DNA from: Camelus ferus
Taxonomy: Eukaryota
Direction of reading: 5' to 3'
NCBI RefSeq assembly: GCF_009834535.1
Contig: NC_045696.1
Coordinates: 91,018,001-91,082,000 of the forward strand
DNA length: 64,000 nt
The notes under the pieces are model-generated. The model ran no database searches and had not been told where the DNA came from. It saw only the letters and a program-made list of their open reading frames with translations. Each line of letters opens with the position of its first letter. Within the stretch, counting starts at the first letter, position 1. A program made the translations under genes and the position numbers. Positions 48,553-59,990 of this stretch are shown in pieces.

Positions 48553-49891
48553 TTCTCCCTCCCCCTTTGGTATGAATTAAAGCCTCCTTTCCCCCTCCTC
48601 TCTTATTTCCACATAAATTAATTCTACAATTTAATAAACTAACAGGTGGTTCCACTTCAGGCTGAGCAGATGTTAGACTGAATGAATGGAGACCCCTCTT
48701 GTGTTCAATATATCCCTGAGCTCTTTCTTTCTTTATCTCTTCACTTCTCCCTTTTCTTCCCCTGCCCCCATTTCTGCCAGATTTATGAACAGCTACAGTA
48801 TGAGCTATTTTGTTTGAGCAATATGAATATTGATGACTGACATGTGCTGATTTTAGATGTATTAGTGACATTCATAATCCTGAATATGTAGACATTTTTC
48901 ACCAGATAATGAGGTACCAGATTGCCATACCAGGAAATTCCCTTCACTTGGTGCTTATAAGTAGATAATTTCTATTACTTTACAGATGGGACTCTAAATT
49001 GGAAGCTTATTCCAGAAGAAGTTAAGGGAAAATATAAAATTAGGTTCACAATTCAGAAAATCCCTCTGTTGCTCAGAAATCTGACATATTACTTCAGTGA
49101 CATCTTTGATTCCCTTTGTGGTCGTTTCTGAGAAATAACCCCCCAGTTTAAAAAAAAGAGCTTTCCATGCCTTTTTCTTCTTCTAAGGTCTAACTCAGAA
49201 ATGATTCCTTGTTCTTTCTCAGTTTCACAGAAACTTTATACACAATGGGATGGAAGAAGTGAATCAAAAGAATTGTTACTTCCAACAAATCTTCTTTTAA
49301 TTGTTCACCCAGGGAAATGCATTCTGACAATATTCAAAATAGTGATCTTTAGGTGAAAACCGTTTTTTATATTAAAATCATATATATGTTTATGCTTCTG
49401 ACATAATTTTAGATTGTATTTAATGAAGATGTATTTTGTGAATCCTGCTTCTGACTCCTTACTAAAAATATACCTGGAAGCTTAAGGGCATGTTCCTGGC
49501 TCTCTGAAAGCTTTGATTAAAGTCATTGTCTCTCCTTGGGACCAGCCATATATAGCCAGATGTTGCTGATGAGAGGAAAATGTCACCCTCAGCCATTGAT
49601 CAACAAGATTGGGTTGGGACTGATACTGTCTATCCTATTCTTGGCTTTTTCCTCCTTCATTCTTTTTCTTAAGGTTTATCCTTCAATAAGAAAGGAAACT
49701 ATGAAGCAAAATCATAGATGATGTGATTGTTCCCAGTGTTGGGATAGCTCTCAGTCATCTTAGATTTTTGTTGGAAAAGCACTGAAGTGTAAATTTCACT
49801 TCTATCATTGATTATAGATAGGTTCTCTGAAAAGTTACCGACATTGTTTAGGTAGGTACACAAATCAGTTTCTTCCACTATGAGATGGAGT

Positions 49892-50254
49892 TGTCAGGAC
49901 CTGTGGGGTTGCGGAGGGTTCTGGGAACATGGGGTTAGTGTATGAGTCAGAGTGTGGTGTGGGAGGAAATTCCCCCACCCAACCAACTGAATATAAAGGC
50001 CCACATTTCTTCCACTTTTGTCTGGTCCTGTTCTGCCCTCTTAATACTATTGGGTTCAACAGCTTCCTTTATCATCCACGTCCTGCTTTCTCTTGTTCCT
50101 GACCTTGACTTTATCTATCAGGCTTACAGTGTACTTGATGTTGACTTGACAAGGTGATTCTTATCTCTTACATTCCTTACTTGACTTCCTGTTTGCTGCT
50201 TCAGTTGCTTCCTAAATCTTTACTTACTTCTGAGTTCGTGACTCCAGGCTGACA
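49892..50254 (+). mobile_element. Putative ancient solo LTR (Gypsy-like) with a promoter motif array
   Basis: Inverted termini TGTCAG...CTGACA, TATAAA at 49992-49997, pyrimidine-rich 3' half; no clear TSD. Confidence 0.5.
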
Positions 50255-50474
50255 GCCTGGCTTCAGCTCTGATAAATTCTTCCTAACAAACTCAGGATCA
50301 AGGATCTGAGGCCTGTCCCCTGGTAGAGGCCAGTGTCCTCTGAATTGCCTTTTTTCAGATAATGTAGAAATAAAATGTTGCTAAGGACAGAATCAAGTAC
50401 CTGTAATAGTTCAGACTTTGTGATAGGAATTTTATATATGTTATCTCTACTCATGTGATAACTCTAGCCAATGG

Positions 50475-50732
50475 AGCTGTATTGTAGAACAGTAAGAGTG
50501 CAAACTGTAAAGTTTGGATCCATAGATTGGAATTCTGGTCACACTTATTAACTGTGTGACATTGAGCAAGTTCCATAAACTCTTTGTGCTTCACTTTTTT
50601 TATCTGTCAACTGAGGACAGTAATAGTGCCTATTATATAGAGTTTTTCAATGACTAAATGATTTAAAACAGGGAATGTGCATATAAGAGTACTGGTGCAG
50701 AGAAAAGCTTAATAAATGTTGGCTATTATCAT
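50475..50732 (+). mobile_element. Near full-length MIR
   Basis: cacttattaactgtgtgacattgagcaagtt...aacctctttgtgcttcac...aataaatgttggctattatc. Confidence 0.9.
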
Positions 50733-51224
50733 TCCTATCTTAGGTCAATGTTTTTTGAAAGTGTAAGTACATAAAATATCCTTCTTTATTTGTTAAAGTT
50801 ATTTTGTTTAGATTTGATTTCAATTACTTATTTAATAAAATTGTAGATTACATTTTCTTTTGAATAGCTATGTAGTTATTTTCATTTTTGTTTGCAATGA
50901 AAAGTGAAGCCATAGAGATATCCTGATATGCTATTTTACATTCTTTCTAATTCCCTTGAACTTCCTCAGCAAAACAAGAATAGTTTTTGTTCTTGTGAGA
51001 AAAGAATTAGAAAATAGAAGCACAAATCTCCAAAAAAGCTGGTATATTACCTAAACTAACAGCTAATTCGATCCTCTGGATGGATGCAATCAGACAAGAC
51101 CCAAGATCCTGACTAATGATATGAGCTATCCTGCTTCTTTTCTGACATTTCTACTTCTAAAGTATTAGGATCTGATCTTAACTAAACAACACCTAGAGTG
51201 GTGAGTTATAAAATTCTATAGAAA

Positions 51225-51650
51225 TGATTCATTTGGCAAGTGCTTATTGAGCACCTACTCGGTCTTAGGCGAATGTCCAGCTCTGGTTCAGTCATGAATA
51301 AGGCAGGTTAGGTTAGTCTCCTCTCCACTCTGACATTCTACAGGGGGAAGTGGTGCAATGAAGACCAGAAAAAATGGTTATGTGACAGTGAGTGATGGAA
51401 CAAGTGGACTGGGCACTACTTCAGATAGAGTGATTGAGGAGAAAAGAAGGAGCCAGCCATGTGAAGACTCGGGGATTGATGAGCTTAAACAGAGAGCACA
51501 TCATATTCAAGCAAATGCCTTGAAATGGGAATAAGCATGGTCTACTGGAGGAAACAAAAATGCTCTGTGGCTGGAGAGACATGAAAGTTTGGGAGTAAAA
51601 TCAAATGCTTTATTTTGATCCAGTTATTTTTGGAATCCTGTGGACCAGGT
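51225..51650 (-). mobile_element. L2 3' fragment
   Basis: attcatttggcaagtgcttattgagcacctact...gaaggagccagccatgtgaagactcgggg. Confidence 0.8.
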
Positions 51651-54344
51651 ATGGTATCAGGTATCGTGCTTCTGTTCTACTGACATAACAGTGATTAAAA
51701 ATAATACTTTTGCTAAACTTATCTGCAGTAGATGGGGAGATTCAGGGTGAAGAATATATGAATAACCAATAACTTAGATATTAAAAACTCCATTTTAAAT
51801 CATAATATGAAAAACAATATGGACAAGAAAACATTCCATTAAAAATCTCTCTTTGATTTTTTTTGGGAATATAAAGAGATTTTAAAATCAAATTGTCACA
51901 TTATTACCAGTGGTTTAAAAATAATGTACCTTTTTTTAGAAGTTGTAATCCTTGATCCTTTCACTGTTTTACCTGCCCATTTTCACATACCTATTGTTCT
52001 TCAAATCTTTTGTGGTTGTCAGATTTTATTAACAAATTTAATCCTGAATATTTTTTATCCTATTTTGAGTTAATGTAGATTCTTCATGATTAGATAGCAG
52101 TGGTTACTAACAGTGTAAGGATATGGTCCCTAACTGACTGTGAAAATTTTATAATAGTTCTATCTCCATAATGGTCTTTAGGGTAAATGTTATCATTGGA
52201 TACCCTTCTAATTAATAAGCTCAAGAAGTTTTAGGGTCCAACTCATTCATTACACATATCTATTAACTAACTTAGCAGTCATCACTTCATCTATAGTTTA
52301 GCTGTGTTTTCTTTTATTACATAAGTTTTATAAATACACACTCAAATACTATATGATTTTGCATTAACTTTAGACACTAACAACTACTTTTGGTATGTCA
52401 AAACATACAGAAACAATGAGCTGCTGTCATTTAGAACGTAACAAAATACTAAACTTCCCTTATTCTCATAGTTAGCTGAGGATTAAATTACAAGCTTAAT
52501 TTGCTGATTGAAAAAAAAAATTCCCATCTAGTACACTGCAATGCATCTAGTGATATGTGCTGTTTATATAAATAGCATGGAGGTTAATTCAGACCATTTC
52601 ATGGAAATGGTTTATGTATTGTAATCATGAGTCAATACACAGTTCTCTCTAAATTTAAAACAATGTAAATTAGCCAAGCCAATTTAATTCTTGCCAAGAA
52701 AGAGTATTCCTTAAAGACATGTTTTTAAGTTTATTAGGTTAAAGGCAACTATATTCTGTAACTAATAAGTGAGGGGATTTATTGAATTTTGAAACCCACT
52801 GATTGTAAGTTATGTTTTTAAAGTTATTTAAACAAGTTAAATATGTTTATAATAATTTCATTTCCTATGTGACATCTAACTAATGAGAAAAAAAATAAGG
52901 CTAGGAGAGAACTGGAGTTGGTTTAATCTTTTTCCTGGCCAAAGCCAAGTTTAAATCCTGTCCAAATGCCACTTCTCAATCACAGCTTTAAAGGATTAAA
53001 CATGATTAGTAATGGTATTTCTCTGCTTTTCTGATACACAAGTTCATGTCAAAGCTATCTTGAAACCTGCCATTGAGTTTCATCCTTGAGGTGAGAAAGT
53101 AGCCTGCTGAGTGAGTATTTATTTCAAGGAAAAAGATCCATTTGCTTCGTATAAATTGGGTAGCATTTACAGCTACTGTATCCAACCTTCTTTATGCAAA
53201 TTCATGCAAATATTATGAACTATAAGAAGATAATTTGTATCAGTGTTTTCTCTTTTAGATTATATTTTGCAGATTTGAATAGGTTTTTCTGTGCTCAAGA
53301 AATTTTTGCTGGTTTTCTGTTTGATTCATTTAGGAGAAAAGTCTAATTTAGTTACAACGATTTTAAAACTGATCTGACCAAATATATAACATGCAGTAAT
53401 TTCTTTCTTTACATTTTGGTGAAATGTGGGTTCTGAGATGGAAAATAAGCTTGATTTAGGATTTTTCTTTTCTGTTTGTTTCAGAGTACAGTCTAATCTG
53501 AATATGGTTTCTCTACTATTATCTTTCCTTACTCTCCCCCCACCCTTCCCCCCCAGGCATGTAAGAATTGTGTCTTTCCAAGGACATTTTAGTGTTATTT
53601 AATCCTAAATTCTCTGTATCATGGTCGTCCATATTTCCTGATCAAAGTATTTGGCTTAATTATCTCCCAATGAATACTTCTATGTGTATAATAGGAAATT
53701 TGAATTTGGATTCAGAAAATATTGGAGACAGTGTTCTAAGCTTACTTTCTCCATCTCAATGTGATCATGGCAGAAACTGGGTCAGTTTTCTTTGTGCTTT
53801 GTACCTCATTTCCTAACCTGTTAAGGGGACTCCTGATGCCTCACATGGCTGTTCTTGGAGGGAAAGCTTCCCCTGCCGTCAGGTAAACCATTGCATCCTC
53901 TCTGGGCAAAGCAGTCCTGAGTTTCAGATGCCTGTCAGTAGCAGTGATGGTTTGTTGCAGGGTTCATTTGGGGAAGAGAGTGTTACTGGAACTGCTGAGT
54001 CAGCTAGCCTCACTCGGGATTTAAAGGAGACTTTGGAGACATTAGCTGCTGGGAAGCTGTTTCTTCAAGAATTTTTTGAGTCCTGCTCTGGTGATAAACC
54101 TGCCACGTGATAAGCACTAAGTAGTAACTGTACATTTTCAAGATAATGCCACAGTAAAAAGTGGTCATTATATACCACCAGAGAAAATGCATTTGGCTTG
54201 GGGTTTTAGATAGAATGTTTATTAGGAAACATGCTTTAGGGGTGCTAGAGAATATTTCATAACAGTTATCCTGTTTCTACCAGAAAAGATTCCTCTCTTA
54301 GCTGGAGGAGTTATGAATAAACATGCAGGCCAGGTTCTCCTGAA

Positions 54345-55175
54345 TTTGTTAAATAACTATTGATTAGACATTTACTATATGCCATAAACTGTGCTAGGTG
54401 TAGGGATGCAATGATAAATAAGTCACAGCCTCTGTCTGCAAAGATTTCCACACAAGAAGGAAAAGACATGTAAGCAAATGAGTGTGATAAAAATGGTCAG
54501 ATACTAGGTTAGGAGAATGTAATGAAGAGGGGAGTGAGAGTGTAATGAAGAGGGCTCAGTTGTTACATGTGAAGCAAGAGGGGAAGTGGGAAAGATAAGG
54601 GGAAGTGGGAAAGATTTGGGGAAGCGTCAGACTTGAGCTGAACCCTGACAAATGCATGGTGTGGGCACCCAGAAGGAGAACATTTGGTAAGGGCTGTGCC
54701 AGAGCCAGTGGCTCACAGATCGATAAGGCTGTGGAGTCATTCTGAGGAGAATTTGGTGAGAGATAAAGCTGGAGACAAAGGCAGGAGCAAGATCATGGAG
54801 GACTTGGTAAGCCATGGTAACAGTCTGTAGTTTGTCTAGTTGGTGATGGAGTTTAAGTAAGGGAGTAGTGCTATGATTTTGCATTTTTTTCTATAAGAGA
54901 AGGGAGGCAGCTTTTAGGAAATCAGTTAGGAGACCAACGCACCAGCCCAGGAGAGAGACTGTGAGAGCTGGTACCTAGGCCACTGCAGAATACGGGGAGG
55001 TGGGGGAGAAGCTTGGTTGGAGAGATGTCATAGAATAGAATGCATAGATAGGTCTTGTCTTGGTGACCAACTGATTGCAGGAGAGGGACTAGAAGTCCCA
55101 AGATTTCTGGTCTGGGTGGTTGGGTAGATCATGGAACCATTTACTAAGATGGAGACACAGTTGAAACTATTGGAT
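54345..55175 (-). mobile_element. L2 fragment with two local tandem duplications
   Basis: tactatatgccataaactgtgctaggtgtaggg...agatcatggaggacttggtaagccatgg...cccaagatttctggtctggg. Confidence 0.85.
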
Positions 55176-57151
55176 AAGCTCATATAAAGAATATTAATGA
55201 ATTCAATATAGGATTAACAGTAAATTCTTTCTTCTTCAAAAATACCTAATAACACAATAATTCAAGGCCTTTCAGCACTTGTCTTCTTCCTCTGCCAAGA
55301 TGTGCAGGTAGCTGAAAGTGGGTGTGTGCTTATCTTGAATTTGTTGGTGGATTTCTTCAGTTCTCCATGTATGAATGTGTGTGGTACCATACAAATATTA
55401 GCTCTGAAAATACTGCTGTCTGCATTCGCAGTGACTTTTTCTAGCAACTCCAGGCAACTGTCAAAGCCCCAGTGAAGTATACAAATATAAGTTGGAGGTT
55501 TTATGAGGGGGTGAGAATGTATGTATGAGTTACAATGCCATTTTTTAAAAGCCTCAGATTTTATAAATAAATACAGCTGAATTATAGTAAATTTTAATGT
55601 ATTATATGTGTATGTGTCTCTTTAATCTTTAAAAACGTACATGAAAGAATGTGAATTGTCCCCTAGGATCCCAACAATAGAATACAATATTAATTAAGCA
55701 AAAAACAAATAAATTGACATGGATGCATTGGGGCTAATATAAATCCTGTGCAATTGGCATAAAGGAATTTGTTATTTTCAAAACAGAACTAAATCTCTTT
55801 TCCATTATAGATTTAATTTAAGTAACATGATAAATAGTGGTAAGTTGAACTTTATTATGTATTCATGAAATGCAGTTTAATACAATTGTTATTTCTGGCA
55901 TTTGTGGTTTAAAGATATTCCCTTATGGGAAGATGTTATTTTTAATGTGCAAATTCAGAAATAATGACCTCCAGTTCCACTGGTGAATTAGGGCTGATAC
56001 ATACACATTGACAATAAGGGAAAAATAGTCTCTAATTCCTGGCTTTATGAAAATTTCTAGTGCAATCTCTGATCCTTTAAAAACTGACATTAAACAAATT
56101 ATTTTAAGGTTACACTGTATTGCCAGGGAAGAGAAAAGTAATAAAGTAAATATTTTCCAAAGACTTTTAAGAGAATGATATTTGACAAAGACCTACCTGA
56201 AAGGGAGAAACTCACTTACTAAGAACAGGTTATTGAAAAATCTCTGCACAATTTAAAAAAAAACAGATTAAAAATTCACACGAAATGCTGTCTTACTGGC
56301 AAGTTCAGAATATAAAATTAGAAACCCAAAAGGAATGGATAAACAGATAAACAACACACACCAAATAATTTCTACAAGCCTCTCTTTCAGAGAATTAGTA
56401 GGAAATTGTTCAAGAGAAACAATGGCACTTTGTCATAACTTTATATTTAGCTTAATTCTTTTCAGCTCTGGAAAGTTTGTTGGATAGATAAACCAATAGG
56501 TAGAACAGTGTAAACAAAAGACTTCAAGAGGCCTTCAGTTCATACTAAATGGTGTGTGGTGTGAATTCCCACCAACTTTTCATCATCGGATCAAGAGTGA
56601 CTTTTCTCCTGAAGCTAAGTTCTAATGACTATTCGATTCACCTCTTTAAAAAAATCTTTTCAAGGGAATGTTGGATGGTTGACTTTGACTTTCATCTGAT
56701 TGTTCATTGCAGTTTATAAAGATTTGATCAGGCATGTGTATAGACTGAAATCCACAGCTGTTCTTCAAGAACCGGTAGCCCAAGATTGGAAGAATGAAGA
56801 CGTTTGGGGTTATCCACTTGTGACAAATGTTTGTGGAATGTGAGGTCTATTTTGGGCACTGGGATTTTTCAGCATAGCTGTGGTCATCTCTGGAGGCAGT
56901 CAGATTCCTCAATGCAATGCTTAAGTCCTGTTCTAATTTGGAGGATCACAAAGGAGGTTTCTTTAGATCCAAGAAGTTATATGCAGGCTAAGTGACCACT
57001 GACTTGGTCCATCTGATGGGAAACCTGGTCGTGAGTTGGAAACCTTCAGTTATTGAATCAGCAGTGTTATCATTCTCAAAGTTGTCCTTTGAGCAAGGAC
57101 CCCAGATTTATTAACCAGGGGCTGCTTCTTTCATGGAGGGATAATTCAGCA

Positions 57152-57490
57152 CAGGTCCTTGGGCCCTTATCCGCAATCCAGATACTCCAGAGCTCTGGAA
57201 AGTGGGAGTTATTTCCATAATTTAGTTTTGGCAAATCTAACCCAATCTGAACTGATTTGATAGAACAAGCTGACCTGAAGTTATGTAAAGCTATGGAAAG
57301 CCTTTGTCTAACCTAGTGTAAATATTCATTCATTTTGATTACCAGATTGATGCCTTAGATTCTACTCAGGATGGGATATAATACATGATATACACACTTT
57401 ATTAACTTCCTAAAACTTCAAAAATTCTAAATTCTGAAACCCATCTGTATTCAAGGGTTTTTTAGATAAGAGAAAAGGACTGTGGAGCTG
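57152..57490. mobile_element. TcMar-Tigger-type non-autonomous element (MamRep-like), both ends present
   Basis: Left caggtcc...cccttatccgcaat, right gataag...gactgtggagctg followed by TA; internal aaattctaaattctgaaacccatctg. Confidence 0.7.
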
Positions 57491-58208
57491 TAACCACAAA
57501 TGAGTCTTAATGTTCCTTTTTCTGTATGCAAATACCTACTAATGTCCTTAAGGATAATTTGTTTGGGGAAGTTAAATAGTCTTTCTAAAATTTGATTTAA
57601 ACTATTAATTTACTTAGCAAAATCACATATTGCACATTGGCAAATTCAGCTCTGTTGTGGTAAAATTATCACAAGTTATAAATTAGTTGCATTTGAATTA
57701 ATGAGGTTTTATTATAAACACAAAGCAGCATTACTTCCAGTGCCTGATTTTCATTAGTACAAAAAAGAACAAATAAAGCTGAAAAAAAGAAGAAGAAAAA
57801 AAAGAACCAGAATTGCCTATGTTGTATGCCCTGTAAGCATTCAAAGCATTGCTAGATTTTTTTTTTTATTACTAAGGGGCTGAAAAATATGTTTATATTG
57901 CCTGTCCCCAGTTGATTTGGATTAAGGCTGCCACAAAAATTCTTTTAGTTCCAATGGGCTGTGTATCATTCCTGGATACCCATTCTCTTATTTTTAAGGT
58001 ACTGAAGCTAAGAGTTTTCTCAACAAAACAAGGAGGACACAGATGATGATGATTCTTCTTCTTCTTCTTTTTTTTTTATAATGAGAGGACAGGTGGAAAG
58101 CTTGGGTTCCAAAGGGCTAAAGCAGGTAAAGCTCACAGAGGTTAAGGGTAGATCTGCAGGGCTGAAGGAGAGGTGGGTTGCCAGGGGCAGCAGGAAGAAG
58201 GGGAACGG

Positions 58209-58227
58209 GCTGCACTAGAGGGCAGCG
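58209..58227 (+). promoter_or_regulatory. CTCF-binding motif
   Basis: gctgCACTAGAGGGCAGcg closely matches the CCACYAGRGGGCRS core, in a locally GC-rich non-repeat patch. Confidence 0.6.
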
Positions 58228-59429
58228 GTGGGGCTGAGGGCTGGGGTGCTCACACTGCAGTCTGCTCTGCTCTGCTTTAAAGTTTGTTATGCACCTTTCT
58301 GTTTGTTTGCAGAGAGGAACTGTGTGTTTATTTCCTACTGAGTAGAAGGAAGTTGCCTGTCTTTTAACCATAAATCCATACATAAATACTCCAGGATAAT
58401 CCCTTTATTAGGGGAAATGGTTTTTATCTTGAAGCCTATGGAGATGTGGCTCTTTCAAAATCTTGGCCAGCTCACCCTTCTCTTTTTCCTTGCTGTTCAG
58501 GACTCTCTCTTTCTGGTTTCTCTTTCAAAGGGATGTTGTCACTGTTCTTCTCCAAAGCACGCACTCAGACAGAACAGCAGGCAGAGGTTGCAGACTCCTC
58601 ACAGGAAGGATTTGAGGAAGGTGTTGATGTAAGAGGATTGGCTGTTTATATTGAATACGCTGGAGCAGACCCCCTCCCCCAACACAACGACCTCCCAAAC
58701 TCTGAGGAGCCCTGCGGATGGCAGGAGGCTAGCTCACCCACAGTGACGCTGTTAGAGCTGGAATAACTTCTGTGGCAGAGCTGTCTTCAGTTCTGTGGGA
58801 AACATGCAGGCCTGGCATTGCCGTGCACAGGCATCAGGATTTGACCAGGTAGCTGTACTCAGGCTGGTGGAAGCATGCTTGCCTCTATTCCGCTGCACTG
58901 ACTGACACCGTGGAGGCGTCACAAGGTTTTGTCATACGAAGGATGAGAGAAACCCCCACCAACAAAGAGGCAGCATCCTGGTCCCATTCCTTGGTTAGAA
59001 TCTTCATTCTATGAGATGGAAAGAATATAGGCAGAGCAATGCATCCAGGATCTCAGAGGGAGGTTATGACATGAAAACTCATTAGACTGTAAAATAATAG
59101 CAAATTTGCCAGAAAAATGTAAAATATTCATTGGGGAAGTATTAAAAAGAGAGCAAGGGTTGAGTTTAAAGCACGGGGAGAAGGTGTTGGGAGTGCTCCG
59201 CCTGGGCCCAGGCGGCCTTCAGTTCACTTTCCACACTGCTGTTGGTTATAGTTTGGAAAAAAATAAAACAGGCTAACTTTGTTATGTCTTATTTACAGAA
59301 ATCAGTGGCCTGCGGCTGATTTCCTGCGGCCTTCAGGATAACATCCTGGCATACAAAGCTCTTTATATGCTGATTCCAACTGAAATCTTTGCCTGATCTC
59401 CTATTGTTTTTTCTCTGCCCATCCCTGCA

Positions 59430-59990
59430 CGTGAGCCTACCATGGTAGGAGGATGCCAGACCTTTGCATCCTTTGCATGCCTTGAGCATGTATACTGATT
59501 CTTTCTTGTACGTACTTTCTCCTCCTCTTGGCTGTTTCTACCTCATTTTTCAAGACTTTGGTTCAAATGCTTCCTCTTCCATGGAGCCTTTTCCTGATTA
59601 AGAAGAGTGATTAAGCAGTGTCAGGCACTGAGCTGAGCCCCAGGGTAGAGGGCAATGATGAACAACAGGGTGATCCATTACTTGTCACTCAAGAGCATCA
59701 GTCTTGTTAGGTCTCTTGCTAATTGGGGAAGGAGTCCTAGAGGAAACTACTGTCAAAATGAGAACTGAAGGCTCAGGAGGCCTTAGTCAAGTGAAGCTTG
59801 ACTTCATTTAAAGCATGCACCATGCAAAGCAGTATCACAATGAACTTGCTTGCCTGCTATGATCCAGATGTTCCTCTATCATGTTGTATTGTAATCATCC
59901 TTTGCTGTCCCCAGTCTGAGAACTCCTTAGGAGTAAGACCATGGCTTAGCTTCTTCTGTGCCCCCAGAGTCTAATTCAGTGCCTGATATT
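59430..59990 (+). mobile_element. Fragmented L2 3' region
   Basis: cctcattttcaagactttggttcaaatgcttcctcttccatggagcc and tail tgagaactccttaggagt...tgtgcccccagagtctaattcagtgcctga. Confidence 0.6.

Noticed and set aside
48443..48871. 142-aa ORF (longest in the track)
   Set aside because: Spans low-complexity tracts and a CA repeat; no recognisable homology.
58417..58766. Overlapping ORFs near the CTCF site
   Set aside because: No recognisable protein and no matching splice structure.
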